This document shows positions 44,401-55,010 of a DNA stretch of 64,000 nucleotides, piece by piece. A program made the translations under genes and the position numbers. This DNA is from a virus (Duplodnaviria > Heunggongvirae > Uroviricota > Caudoviricetes), in the IMG/VR virus record IMGVR_UViG_3300042554_002438; one strand, given 5' to 3'. The notes beneath the pieces are model-generated. The model saw nothing but the letters and a program-made list of their open reading frames with translations, was not told the DNA's origin and searched no databases. Within the stretch, counting starts at the first letter, position 1. Every line of letters begins with the position of its first letter.

Positions 44401-47400
44401 AACCTTATCAAAATTTATCTTTTTATCGTATTCACTCGAGTCAAAAACAATGTTATTTTGAGAATTGGTTTCAAAATAAGATAAAAATAATTTATTGTAA
44501 TAATAATTAGGATCGATCGAATGCTCAATATTTAAAAAAGGAACATTAACATATTTTTTTTCTGTTAATCTAAGTATTAAATTGTTGGTATCTAAATTTG
44601 ATAAATTATAAATTGGTTTAATCGATAAACCATCTAAGTACTCACCTCTGGCCGAAAATCCAGAATTTAATAACACTCTAAATCTAGGGTCATTTAATTG
44701 ATTAAAAGAAGCCTCATCGACCTCTTCATGAATATAATCTATTTCTTCATATCTAGATAATGTGCAAGCTAAATCTATTGGTTCAATGACTAAATAAATT
44801 TTTTCACCAGAATTAAAAAATCCAGTATATTCAAAAACATATTGTCTTAAGTTTGCATCGTCAGATCCATTAAATGTAAATGACTGGGTATCATAAATAA
44901 AACCTAAAGAATTTATCAATTTAATGTTTATGGTTTGATTTATATTTTCAATAGATTCGAAATATAAATCAAATTTAAAACTTAAATAACTATTTTTTGC
45001 GACTAAATAATGCCCTGGTGTTGTGTTTACCAAACTTAACTCATCACCAATTGTTGTAAAATTTTCATTTAAAGATTGAATTGATATATAGTTGTTTGAA
45101 TTTGGCTGTAAAAGAATACTATTTTCTAAAGTGTGAATGAACGCCCCATCATCATTTAAAGTATAAAATGGGCCTATTTTTGTTTGGTCTAACCCATAAA
45201 AACCCTCAAAGTTTACAGTCACAGAATCTGATATAAATAACTCACCGTTTATAATATTATCCTTTACTTTATATGTTGTTTGTGGCGTTGCCCCACTAAA
45301 TATGTGGCCCAAATTAAGTGATTTTGTTAGATTTACAGAATATGAAGCTCTACTTGGATCTAGTTTAATTTTTGAAATATAAGCTGGATCAATATGCATA
45401 AAAGGATCCGTTTTTGTTCTATCCTGATATCTTTCATACATACCACCAGTGGTTCCAGTTGAAATTGTTGATAAATTAACGGTCACGCCAGTAGTTCCAG
45501 GACTCACAAAAGACGCTGAATTTGCTGTTGCTATGTGTTTTAAACCAGTTGGGGTTGTAATTGGATATGTTGTACCCGTTGCCTCAAATGTATCCCCAGT
45601 AACTAAATATATTTTACTACCAACAACCAAATTTTCTTTATTTGTTGGATGTATGTTTGCGATAATTTCTCCCTTATAATATGTAAATCCAGTTGCCCAC
45701 GAAAATCTTTTTTCATATGGGGTAGCCCACTTTGATATTTCACCATAAATTAATCCTGATGGTCTTAATGGGGTGTGGTTCATACTATAACCATAAAACC
45801 TAGGTTGTTTAATAGTTTGTGTGATACCTTCTTCATCATTATAAGTCCTAAATGTATTATGTACTAAAGCTGGTGTAATTGTCCTACCAGTAAAATCATA
45901 GTAACAGACATGTGGCCTTGGTGGTGGGCAATCAAAATTAACCCGAATACCCAAATAGGCTAAACCACGTCCAATTGAGTTTATATAATATGATCTTTCA
46001 ATTGATCTAACATCTAAAGACAAGGTATCCGCAAACGTTATAGTTCTAGAATCAACATCAATTGGTATGTGTTCCCATATCATTCTGGTATCACCAGATG
46101 CGTTTGTTACTGTTGCTTTATTGGGTGGGTATCTACTTTCAATTGTTGACCCAGTTCCAGCCGTATGTATGTCGGGAATTGAACCCGTATCATTAAACAT
46201 GTACCTAGTATTCAATCTATATAACTTACTATTGTATACAACAAAAACACCATATCTTTGAGTTGATGACGCATAGCCAGATTGATTTATATTACCATTA
46301 AATAAGCTATCATCCCCGTAGTCAATACCGCTTTGCCAAATATGGAAACTACCCTCACTTTCATCGCAATACTCAAACATCGTATAGTGAACACCAAAAT
46401 ATTCATTAATAGTTGGGTCTGTTCCAGTTATTTTGGTGCCTGGTTTACCAGAAATATTAAACGTTATTGGTTCACCGTCAATTTTGGCCCCAAGTTTTCC
46501 GACATTTTCTGTAACATTTGTCGTGCCAAGATAAACAGGTTTAAGTGCTTTTTGTTGAAATTCAGAACCATCTGTACCTAACCAAGATACATCATTATTT
46601 AAACCATGTTTATATGCAAATTTATTATCTAAAAAAGTTGAATTTTGTATTTTTTTACCAGCATTAACAACGGATGTTGCTGGAACAAATTGCTGTATTA
46701 ATTTAACCCAAGAAGAATCAAATTTATTTAAAAACTCTAAACTTCTCATGCTATCAATTGGCGTGGTTGTTGTTTTTAAATAATCAAAATAAATCTTTGA
46801 TAAAGTTGGATATGTTTTAATCGTTTTTCTATTTTTTGGATTTATAAACGTGTCTAACGATTTTTTAATAAATTGATTAAATGTTAAATTTGTTGAGTCA
46901 AATTTATTTAATATATTCAAATCGGAATTGACAATCCCTATATTTCTAGCGTATTGCCTATAAACAGGAATATCAAATATTCGATTTGATGATAAATAAA
47001 CCTCAAGTTCTTTAGAATTAATTGATAATCTAATGTCATTTGATTCGTACTCAGTAAAACCATTTCTATCGTCTTTGTAATAGGTTGTTGGTAATTCGTT
47101 GTATACCCAACTTTTTACGTTATCGATTGTTCTATATACATCGAAAAGAAAAACGTTTTCATATTTTTTATACTGATTAACATATCTTTGGCCAAAATCG
47201 AATCTACCAATATTAGACTTATCTTCTGTGATATAGCCCCCGTCTTCTTGATATCTAACGTTTGTTGGTACGGTTGGAAAACCTTTTGAATCAAAAGGTA
47301 CTCTTTGTAATAAAATTTCTGGATCGTCAATAATTGTCTGGCCATAAATTTTATTTAAAACATCTGGTGTGTTTAAAGGTCTTTCGGCCAAATAAATATA

Positions 47401-49071
47401 CTCGTTTAACTCAAATATTTCATCAGGTAAACCCACCAGTCTCAAAATAAACTCGATAGATTTTCTGGTACCTTTTGATTTGTATAGATAAAATGAGTTA
47501 ATTAAGATTCTTCTCCATAATTCAATGTCAATTTCCGCTGGTGTTGTGCCTTTTTCAACATCATCAAGTTCAGTTGAAAACAAAGAATCGATTAAAGTAT
47601 TTTCATCTTCAATTTCAAATGTATTAAAACCAAGCATTGTTGCGTAGTTTTTAATTAAAAGATCTGGAACGTTTTCGATTTTATCATAACTAACATTTCG
47701 CATAAAAGTTATGCCATCAATATATCTTTTAATATCGTCAAACGTTTTACCGTATAATTGAAATAATAAATTGGCTTTACGATCGCTAGTATCAAATTCT
47801 TTTAAGGAGTCGGTTGTTAAAAATCTTGAGATTAAATTTGTTTTAATACTATCATACGAATCAGCAAAATCATTTAAAGTCGTTGTGTAGTCATCAAATT
47901 TACTACTAAACATATCGATGTTAAAATCATCGTACATTGGGAAAATTAAAGTTTCTTTAACAGTTCGAACTTGCCCACTGTCATCCTCTGATGGATAAAC
48001 GAACTCACTAATATATTCACCAGTATTTGGATCTTTATTTAAAAGAAACGAAGCTAAATCTGATAAATTATTAAAAAAATCATTGTATACTTTACTTTTA
48101 GGTTTTATATAAAATCTTACGTTAACAACATTGTTTACATCAACAATATCTCCAAATGGATTACCATCTACGGTTAATCGAATACCAGTCGCGTCATCAT
48201 TATTGTTTTGTGGAAATTGCGCGGAAATTATGGGATACTCAACACCGTTGTAATATAAAACATATTCTTTATGTGTTTTAGTAAAATTTCTGTATTTTGT
48301 TATAGTTTCACTATTATCCAAAGTACTTCCAGAACTATTATATTCAATACCATATGGGTTAAATAATCCATAAAGATTTACTTTAAAAGAAGATCTATTT
48401 TCAAGTGGGTATGTTGCATAATTAGAAACAGATGGTGTTGTTATAGATATTGGTTCGGCTTTTATTGCTCCTGGAAAATTATTGTATATTTCAATTATAA
48501 CGTTTTTTAATCTTTCTTTTAAAGATGAAAATAAAACATAATTATCTAATTTTCTTCTGTCAAATAAAACTTTTACCGTTAAGTTTTCGGTTACTTTTTG
48601 TTTTAAAGCTTCCACGTATTCTTTACCCTCAAAATAGGGTAGATTTCTTTGTGCTATACTTTCAACTGTAAAACTTTTTACAGCATCGTTTTGTGCGGCC
48701 TCATTTACTTGAATTTGTAATTGTGATGCCTGCGCCCCTTGTTGTACGCTTTTTTGAATTGAAAAGTTACCTAGGGTAAAAAAAGGATCACCTTGTATTT
48801 CGTCTTTGGCGTTCGCAAATTGTAAACCAACTAATTTACTGCCAAAAGTATCGCTACCAAAAGCACCTATTTTACCTTGTATTGTCCTATATCTCAAGGC
48901 TCTTTCATATTGTACAAAAGATGAGCATGGTACATATTTAACGTCACCATTTATGATATAAGTGCGATATCCGTCACAACCAAGTGCTTTTGACGCATCA
49001 ATTGCTTCTTGTGGTGTATCGTACAGATCCCTAATTATCTGATTATTCGTTGTAAAACTAAGATCAGCCAT
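41407..49071 (-). CDS. giant baseplate wedge protein (T4 gp7/P2 gpI-like)
   Basis: 2554 aa; NVPDLLIKNYATMLGF and ELWRRILINSFYLYKSKGTRKSIEFILRLVG. Confidence 0.7.
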   Translation of the reverse strand: MADLSFTTNNQIIRDLYDTPQEAIDASKALGCDGYRTYIINGDVKYVPCSSFVQYERALRYRTIQGKIGAFGSDTFGSKLVGLQFANAKDEIQGDPFFTLGNFSIQKSVQQGAQASQLQIQVNEAAQNDAVKSFTVESIAQRNLPYFEGKEYVEALKQKVTENLTVKVLFDRRKLDNYVLFSSLKERLKNVIIEIYNNFPGAIKAEPISITTPSVSNYATYPLENRSSFKVNLYGLFNPYGIEYNSSGSTLDNSETITKYRNFTKTHKEYVLYYNGVEYPIISAQFPQNNNDDATGIRLTVDGNPFGDIVDVNNVVNVRFYIKPKSKVYNDFFNNLSDLASFLLNKDPNTGEYISEFVYPSEDDSGQVRTVKETLIFPMYDDFNIDMFSSKFDDYTTTLNDFADSYDSIKTNLISRFLTTDSLKEFDTSDRKANLLFQLYGKTFDDIKRYIDGITFMRNVSYDKIENVPDLLIKNYATMLGFNTFEIEDENTLIDSLFSTELDDVEKGTTPAEIDIELWRRILINSFYLYKSKGTRKSIEFILRLVGLPDEIFELNEYIYLAERPLNTPDVLNKIYGQTIIDDPEILLQRVPFDSKGFPTVPTNVRYQEDGGYITEDKSNIGRFDFGQRYVNQYKKYENVFLFDVYRTIDNVKSWVYNELPTTYYKDDRNGFTEYESNDIRLSINSKELEVYLSSNRIFDIPVYRQYARNIGIVNSDLNILNKFDSTNLTFNQFIKKSLDTFINPKNRKTIKTYPTLSKIYFDYLKTTTTPIDSMRSLEFLNKFDSSWVKLIQQFVPATSVVNAGKKIQNSTFLDNKFAYKHGLNNDVSWLGTDGSEFQQKALKPVYLGTTNVTENVGKLGAKIDGEPITFNISGKPGTKITGTDPTINEYFGVHYTMFEYCDESEGSFHIWQSGIDYGDDSLFNGNINQSGYASSTQRYGVFVVYNSKLYRLNTRYMFNDTGSIPDIHTAGTGSTIESRYPPNKATVTNASGDTRMIWEHIPIDVDSRTITFADTLSLDVRSIERSYYINSIGRGLAYLGIRVNFDCPPPRPHVCYYDFTGRTITPALVHNTFRTYNDEEGITQTIKQPRFYGYSMNHTPLRPSGLIYGEISKWATPYEKRFSWATGFTYYKGEIIANIHPTNKENLVVGSKIYLVTGDTFEATGTTYPITTPTGLKHIATANSASFVSPGTTGVTVNLSTISTGTTGGMYERYQDRTKTDPFMHIDPAYISKIKLDPSRASYSVNLTKSLNLGHIFSGATPQTTYKVKDNIINGELFISDSVTVNFEGFYGLDQTKIGPFYTLNDDGAFIHTLENSILLQPNSNNYISIQSLNENFTTIGDELSLVNTTPGHYLVAKNSYLSFKFDLYFESIENINQTINIKLINSLGFIYDTQSFTFNGSDDANLRQYVFEYTGFFNSGEKIYLVIEPIDLACTLSRYEEIDYIHEEVDEASFNQLNDPRFRVLLNSGFSARGEYLDGLSIKPIYNLSNLDTNNLILRLTEKKYVNVPFLNIEHSIDPNYYYNKLFLSYFETNSQNNIVFDSSEYDKKINFDKVNFTFTIRSKSDNFSTTGLVSVSGGKNIGVKTATIEHELNFSDYYLGNSVRQTDNNDVTNAITIGKNVRIRQNTHNREFTYSPKYSFYNNVELGTATKDTLGSFKGYDLGLNDYTLFNYGNPIISEIKNKKRYSFNSLGTSSYSLYKLENDVYNTEIYKKILDVVPEFNAQIVNYELNDIVKVNIDDYKIVVDSPTGQTVQTNSVYRLYVCVNDINIDHCYKLEDTSASTLVQGEIHEIYRPRGSRSCFIEIEKYNPTNFTPWGYEHSPLLTTSNPNVSDYINKNFISYDPTVVSEYNFGDIILGSYPNPGGSDEFFRFIYQKPLKWDSTKKYFKGDFVLSGVTDETVLAPTVYRFFVAKKDHTNAAPYLATSGSTGTTEWRRITSVNDLFDHKSLGGLTNWVESVGGSWFPLDGYVAIPTTAARLPKTLPVSEFGIPFISTGTTVSGVTFGGRWNNVLINGYCFMDDSYVSYNEYDVNINKKILRSYFSSFSGRYYGPDAYVPYYLPYSAYNSGTLYAPGAIIKHNDLTYRKISTAAAGTPPVVGVDWEVYYPALLESNTYYETDNYKDYFNQTRLNKTNIKLRPSFPLNSFNYLTYYHPFLTDSSSIYPLFERIGRYTEKNNPTLFIADETTGITYDNTSKYIGYKYTVNRGVLYKFIGGSPLGTYPAQPFEDTTNWSESDFCLVNNFKFFKDRTRVTVFESKIESLTNSVKKSLHFFRDNLTLKSGFTSRSFSGSTINNKLISGLNKFYDATDPNRISANTTGLVDFRVIGNDVIMDYFPQKDEVGYPLTGEFIGKLKISNPCGKTATTIFGVLFDTDIDKLDRQQGLTQTANFTPEDIEILPYTVRVVVTQNGQANATLTIKQTDNTLAQKITSTSVTKNTVFDTKYDVIPETNFEVEITYTTQRKQTKFGSAFVDATPLFVNNQVINTNTVQTTFVQTANLETRVITLKNVTANRTIFINLNGIVSVTDVKTDVADATAIFNVKAININTATL

Positions 49072-49969
49072 TTCTTACTATGTTATTTAAAGATTTTGTC
49101 GTATCAACGGTTGTTCTTTTTCGTCTAACTTCATAAAGTTTTTTATTAACGTTATCTCTAATTTCATATAAATCATACTGAGCATATATGTTACCATCAA
49201 AATCGTAAATTGTATAGATGCCATCGTCCATGGATTTTGTCTGATCAGCGAATAATCCAATTGCTAGACTTTCGACATCATAATTAACCATTTCTAATTC
49301 AATCATTTGTGGTGAAAAGCTGGTATTTGTTAATATCACATTTTGATCTTTTCTACCAATAAAAGGCGCTGAAGTTGGTTTAAAACTGGGGGCGGCGTTA
49401 GGTGTAACCGTACAAAATAATAAATTACCTACATTATTATAGATATATTTAATAGTTTTTTGTGATGAATTGGGGGTATTAATTTGTACTGGTTCTGAAA
49501 TAAATGACGAAGTTATAATTCTGTAAAGATTTGGTATTTTTGTCCCATCGTTATTCAAATACTCAACCCTGTACCCATCTAAACCATTGTTGGTGAATTT
49601 ATTACTGAAATCAACTGGGGCTTGGTCTATGTTGAAAATTAAACCTTTAACATCTGGATATGTGGCTAACTCAGCGCAATCCTCAATTTTAACCCTAATC
49701 TGGGCTGGTCTTAAATAAATTGTATAAAAACCTTTTTGCCCAAAAACATCTCTAGGTAAAGTTAAATTATACAAACCACCGAGTAATTCAACATCAGTAC
49801 CACCAAGTGCGCTACTAGACATCATTGGTCTAATTACCTGTGAACCAAATAATTTTGTTACGGTTTGAGCTTCAGTCGCATTTCTATTTTTAGTGTATAT
49901 TACAATAACCTCAATGTCTGTTGGATCGACATCCGCAGGTCTTTTTACACCGTATAATCCGATTGCCAT
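49064..49969 (-). CDS. virion structural protein
   Basis: 301 aa within the baseplate operon. Confidence 0.7.
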   Translation of the reverse strand: MAIGLYGVKRPADVDPTDIEVIVIYTKNRNATEAQTVTKLFGSQVIRPMMSSSALGGTDVELLGGLYNLTLPRDVFGQKGFYTIYLRPAQIRVKIEDCAELATYPDVKGLIFNIDQAPVDFSNKFTNNGLDGYRVEYLNNDGTKIPNLYRIITSSFISEPVQINTPNSSQKTIKYIYNNVGNLLFCTVTPNAAPSFKPTSAPFIGRKDQNVILTNTSFSPQMIELEMVNYDVESLAIGLFADQTKSMDDGIYTIYDFDGNIYAQYDLYEIRDNVNKKLYEVRRKRTTVDTTKSLNNIVRNG

Positions 49970-49972
49970 TTT

Positions 49973-50797
49973 TTATGTTGTTTTAAAATTATATCCTTTT
50001 GTGTTTATTTTATAGTATCCTAGTCCAGTTTTAGTTAATTCGTTCATATCTTTAACATTTTTAAGTTTTTTAACACGTTCAAATGCGCCGTTTAAACCCC
50101 TATCAATAAATACTTCGGATATTATTTTTGGTTCCTCAACTATACCATCATAAATTACCATGTTTGCTGTTTGAGTTTCCTCGTAATGAGATCTCATATA
50201 TATAAATCTAGCAAATCCATTTCCTAAATCAATGTATTTTATAGGATTTTCCGTATCTAAATACAAAACATATTCAATTAAACCACTATTATTTTCAGTC
50301 AAAATCATAGCCACAATATCCAAACCTGGGATGTTTAATTTAACACGGTTTCTTATATTATGATTACCATCAAAAGTTTCTTCAACCTCAATCGGAGCAT
50401 TTCCATCATCTCCAACAATTTTTTTAAAATTTAATTTTTTTAAGGGTTTTAATGATTCAGCTGATTTTATAAAATTAATTTTTTTAAAATATTTTGTTAT
50501 TAGGTTTGATTTGCTTTCTGTAAAACCAGTAACAAAGTATTTGTTTGGTGACGGTGTAAAATGATTCGTAACATCATCGTATGTTGATATTATTTTTGTA
50601 TTTGTTACGTATGGTGTCACATTTTTTGTGGTGATAAATGGGTCAACTTTATTCGCTATTTGTTCAAGTTGTTGTAATTTATAATCATCGGGCACGTTGT
50701 ATTCTGCATTTATATAAGAACCAGGCACAACAGTGTTGCTTTCTAAGTTAATAACTATATTATTATCAAAAATTTCTGAAATTAATACTTGTTTCAT
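49973..50797 (-). CDS. virion structural protein
   Basis: 274 aa within the baseplate operon. Confidence 0.65.
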   Translation of the reverse strand: MKQVLISEIFDNNIVINLESNTVVPGSYINAEYNVPDDYKLQQLEQIANKVDPFITTKNVTPYVTNTKIISTYDDVTNHFTPSPNKYFVTGFTESKSNLITKYFKKINFIKSAESLKPLKKLNFKKIVGDDGNAPIEVEETFDGNHNIRNRVKLNIPGLDIVAMILTENNSGLIEYVLYLDTENPIKYIDLGNGFARFIYMRSHYEETQTANMVIYDGIVEEPKIISEVFIDRGLNGAFERVKKLKNVKDMNELTKTGLGYYKINTKGYNFKTT

Positions 50798-53313
50798 AGC
50801 ATTTCATCTAATTCCGCCACGCCACCACCACTTGGTTTTTTGGGTGCGGTATATTTTGGTAGTTTATTTTTTGAAGCGGCGTCTGACGGTTTTTTAGCTG
50901 TTATGGCCGATTTAATTGGTACTACAATGTTTTTTATATCACCATCACTATTAATAATAGATATTCTTAATTTACCATTTATGACAAATTGTGAAATATT
51001 TGATGCTAAAAATTTTAATTTTTCCCCAATGTTAAAATAAACATCTATCTTATTACTTTCATTAGGTATGATAAATTTATCACCGTTTTGTACAGCATAT
51101 GTTGTCAGGGCGTAATCTCTTATTTCATACCTTAAATCCGTTGGATTAGCATCTAAATTGATTACCGCTTTTTCTAAAGTTAATTTGTTTATTAAAATAT
51201 CTTTATCTGTTTGGTTAATATTTTTTTGAGCGGTTAAAATCAAAAATTGCTCAATTAATTCTGGGTTGTCTTTTGGATTTAAAATATCATTTACAGCATC
51301 GACAACACCGTCAACAATTGAAAATAAATCCGATTGATTAGTATTATATGCAATTAATAACCCAAGCGCTGTGTCTCTAATATCATCAAATATAGCCCTA
51401 TTTATGCTTTTCATAGACTCATATTTTTGAGTTAATTTATCTATATAATAATATATTTCACTATGATTTTGATCGACCTGACCTCTTAAATCCACAGCTA
51501 GCCCCGTATAATCATAATTATGTGAAGACGTTACACGAAACACAACACCTAATTTTGTAAAACATTTTGACAAAAAATTAACTATTGATTGCTCCCTATA
51601 CGACTCATCATATTGATAATAGTTTATATTATACCTTTCACTTTCTATTTGATTTAAGAGAACTTTAAAAATAAGTGGATTTTCCAAATATTTTCTTAAC
51701 ACATTTTCAGTAAATTTTCCAGCATCAGTACCTGAACCTATGTTTGATTGTGAGCCATGTACTATCGTTATAGCCTCACTAACCCTATAACTTGGGTTTT
51801 CATTCCATAAACTTTGTCTTTGGTTGTAAACAGTATTTTTTAAAACTAAACTATTAAGATTTACCGTTATGTCTTTAAATTCCATACTTCTAATAGTCCA
51901 AGTTTTTGTATCAACATTTTTAAAGATAAAAGATTTGATTGGTATTTGATATGCTTTAACATTTCTATTTACAACTGGAATGTATACATTTTTTTCATTT
52001 AACTCACCAAAAACTTCTGAAGTTAAATTATTTATATAACCATTAAATTGCTTTAAAAAGTTTTTTGTTTTATTATTAAGGAATGTTTGGTAATTATTTA
52101 TTTCACCATCTGTTAAGATTGGTAAACTACTTGCGCTATTAACAAAATTAGATGTATATAAATTTTTTATTGTAAAATTTAAAGGATTAGAAATTTCTTG
52201 CGTGGTTAAAATTAATTTTGAATTTTTAGGTTTTTCATTTGGTACCACTTTGTTTTTATAGTAAGTGTCAAACTCTAACTGATACAAATCAAAATTACTT
52301 CGCTCGCTATCATACTCTTTTGTTATTGGATTATATTCGTATATTTTGTAAGTTTTATTTTGATAATCTAAAACATATTTCAAATAGCGATTATTTTGAC
52401 TAAAGTTATCTGGATCTTGTAACCATTTTTTATTAACATCTAAATTTGATGATGGTAATAGGGATATTTTTTTACCATTTAATGCATCCCAAAAAGAATA
52501 TTTAACGTAAAATTCATTTGTTATATAATCTTTTAAAAAGAAAAATGAAAACCCATCAACACCTTCATTTAATTTAAAACAAGGTCTTTCATAATGAAAG
52601 TTTTTTGATTCATTTTTTTCCGTAATATTATACCTATCATTAATAAAAATTGGCACTGATTGTATTCTATTTTGAGACACAGCAGATGTTGAATCATAAA
52701 TTTCCATTAACAAAAATGAGTTATAAAAATACGGTTTGTTTGAAAAAAGTAATGGCTCGTTTACCCATTTATCTTTTGATTGCCAAAATGGTAACGTGAA
52801 TGAATTATAAAAAATAGGTATACCAGATTTAATTGGCTTTTTTAATGTGCTCTCACCAATAAAATCTCTAACAACATATGGTTTTTGTTTCAATTCTTCA
52901 AACCTAGTTAAAGTTTTTTCACTTAAAACAGCCTCTTCTCTTAGTCCATTAGCTTGTCTGGTTTCGTAGACGTTATTGAATCCTTTAGTTATTTCAACCC
53001 CGTTAATATCAGTTAATCCGAATTTTGCTTTTGTGATATTATACTGTTTATTAAAATCAGATTCAATATATTTTTTTAAATCAGATAGTTCATTGTCTTG
53101 AACATAATGTAAAAAGAAAATATTAAAATTTATTTCATTAATATTATCTGGTTTATACTCGTAAATTTCAGTATCACTGATATCATTAATAACGGTATTT
53201 TTTGTAAAATTTAATAAATTTTGGTTATAAAAATCCCTGTCAGACGAATAGTCTTCATTTACAATATTAGTTTGTAAAATTATATCTTCGTTTGGTGTTT
53301 TTGTTTTTAACAT
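50794..53313 (-). CDS. virion structural protein
   Basis: 839 aa within the baseplate operon. Confidence 0.65.
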   Translation of the reverse strand: MLKTKTPNEDIILQTNIVNEDYSSDRDFYNQNLLNFTKNTVINDISDTEIYEYKPDNINEINFNIFFLHYVQDNELSDLKKYIESDFNKQYNITKAKFGLTDINGVEITKGFNNVYETRQANGLREEAVLSEKTLTRFEELKQKPYVVRDFIGESTLKKPIKSGIPIFYNSFTLPFWQSKDKWVNEPLLFSNKPYFYNSFLLMEIYDSTSAVSQNRIQSVPIFINDRYNITEKNESKNFHYERPCFKLNEGVDGFSFFFLKDYITNEFYVKYSFWDALNGKKISLLPSSNLDVNKKWLQDPDNFSQNNRYLKYVLDYQNKTYKIYEYNPITKEYDSERSNFDLYQLEFDTYYKNKVVPNEKPKNSKLILTTQEISNPLNFTIKNLYTSNFVNSASSLPILTDGEINNYQTFLNNKTKNFLKQFNGYINNLTSEVFGELNEKNVYIPVVNRNVKAYQIPIKSFIFKNVDTKTWTIRSMEFKDITVNLNSLVLKNTVYNQRQSLWNENPSYRVSEAITIVHGSQSNIGSGTDAGKFTENVLRKYLENPLIFKVLLNQIESERYNINYYQYDESYREQSIVNFLSKCFTKLGVVFRVTSSHNYDYTGLAVDLRGQVDQNHSEIYYYIDKLTQKYESMKSINRAIFDDIRDTALGLLIAYNTNQSDLFSIVDGVVDAVNDILNPKDNPELIEQFLILTAQKNINQTDKDILINKLTLEKAVINLDANPTDLRYEIRDYALTTYAVQNGDKFIIPNESNKIDVYFNIGEKLKFLASNISQFVINGKLRISIINSDGDIKNIVVPIKSAITAKKPSDAASKNKLPKYTAPKKPSGGGVAELDEML

Positions 53314-55010
53314 TTTTCGTCTATATACTGATTAAATGGTTTTATTCCATTGGGGTCATTTGGGTCGTTTGTTTCACTTAAATCTACATTTCTAAACGCA
53401 TCATCAAACTCGTTAATAAATTGATTACCAGCTGCTGATGTTACATCGTTTACATTTAGTGTATATTTTCTAACCGATCTAACTTCAGGTGTTAAAAAAA
53501 AGTTAATATCACAAAAAGTATAAAAAGATCCGTTCATGAAAGGAAAATCTATAACATTACCATTTTCATCAGTTATTCCTATATCAAATACATCTCGCCA
53601 AATATATTTTTCCCTTTCTCTGCTATAAATAGCATAATCTGGTTTATTCCTAACATTTTCACCGTCTTCGATATACGGTGATTTTAATTTTATATTAATT
53701 TTTGTAAAAGGTTTGTAGTTAAATAATACATTTTTATATATGAATCTATGGCTAATGTATGAAATTTCATTTTCAGTTAAATTTTCAGTCGTGTGTTCAC
53801 AAATTGAGTGTAATAAAATATCACCAATTTTTGGTTTTGAATTAAAGCCTTTAGTATTATCAGATATAAGTTCCAATCCAAATCCATCGCCAACATTTTC
53901 AATATAATTTGAAAAATGAGACTCGACATTACTAATTGTGTTTTCAGCTGGCGCTGAGTTTTTAATAATACCAATGTATAAATCAGAAAGGGGTTCGTTT
54001 AAATTATTTCGTAGCCCAGTTATATTTAAATCGCCATTTAAGAAAAAATTTTTTATTTGCTGGTTATAATTATTAATTGAAAAGGCGCAGTCGTCTAATT
54101 GATCCACAATAGCAATAATTTCCAAGCCTTTTACATAATATTCTAACTGTTCTTTTTCAATTATTTTTGAGACATAAAATTCTGGTCTTATTAAACTCTG
54201 TATCCTTGGTCTTGGGGTGTTAATTATACCTGGAATTTCTGATGGTTTAAAAACCAAATTTTTAATTCTTTGTTTTGCATCATTATTTGCAACTTCTGTG
54301 TTATTTACTTTAACGTTAGTAAAATCATCTATTTTTTTTGTCGAAGCTTCTTTGGCCTGTACGATTTGTTTTTTGAAAGAACGTTTAACTGGTTTTGTGT
54401 TTATATAAACCATATTTGGTCTAACATCAACAACATCATATATTTTAGAGTCTAGTAAATCATCATCTAAAGTTTCAACTTTTAATTTATCGCCGATTTC
54501 AAAATTATGGCCAAGGGGCAAAAACATGCAAAAATTATCTGAGTTAATTGAAGAATTATACTGTCTAGCTGGTAAACCTAATCTAAAATCTAAGTCAATG
54601 ATGGTGGTGTTGTTTGAACTTTTTTCTAGTTTTTTAACACCTTTAATATACTGTTGAATCCCATTGACGTCCACCTTTGATTCAAATCTTTTTGATTTTA
54701 ATACCACAATTGTCCAATTATTTAAATTCATATCAAATAAATTATTATCAATTTCAATTAAACGATCGGTATTGTTTGTTAATTTTTGATGTACATTTAA
54801 ATTAATAATTGGGTTTATTTTACCATATATTCTAAATTTATTAGATTCGTTTTTTTCGGTAATATATTGAGTTTGTTGTGATATATCATAAAACAAATTG
54901 TGCTCGTATTGAATTTTTTTATTCTCTTCAAACACAACTCTAGTTTTTAGTTCTTTTCTTTTAGACCCAATAAACTTTTTTTCACCTAATATTTCTACAA
55001 TATCACTCAT
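53307..55010 (-). CDS. virion structural protein
   Basis: 567 aa; C-terminal WRDVFDIG...DFPFMNGSFY. Confidence 0.65.
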   Translation of the reverse strand: MSDIVEILGEKKFIGSKRKELKTRVVFEENKKIQYEHNLFYDISQQTQYITEKNESNKFRIYGKINPIINLNVHQKLTNNTDRLIEIDNNLFDMNLNNWTIVVLKSKRFESKVDVNGIQQYIKGVKKLEKSSNNTTIIDLDFRLGLPARQYNSSINSDNFCMFLPLGHNFEIGDKLKVETLDDDLLDSKIYDVVDVRPNMVYINTKPVKRSFKKQIVQAKEASTKKIDDFTNVKVNNTEVANNDAKQRIKNLVFKPSEIPGIINTPRPRIQSLIRPEFYVSKIIEKEQLEYYVKGLEIIAIVDQLDDCAFSINNYNQQIKNFFLNGDLNITGLRNNLNEPLSDLYIGIIKNSAPAENTISNVESHFSNYIENVGDGFGLELISDNTKGFNSKPKIGDILLHSICEHTTENLTENEISYISHRFIYKNVLFNYKPFTKINIKLKSPYIEDGENVRNKPDYAIYSREREKYIWRDVFDIGITDENGNVIDFPFMNGSFYTFCDINFFLTPEVRSVRKYTLNVNDVTSAAGNQFINEFDDAFRNVDLSETNDPNDPNGIKPFNQYIDEKC

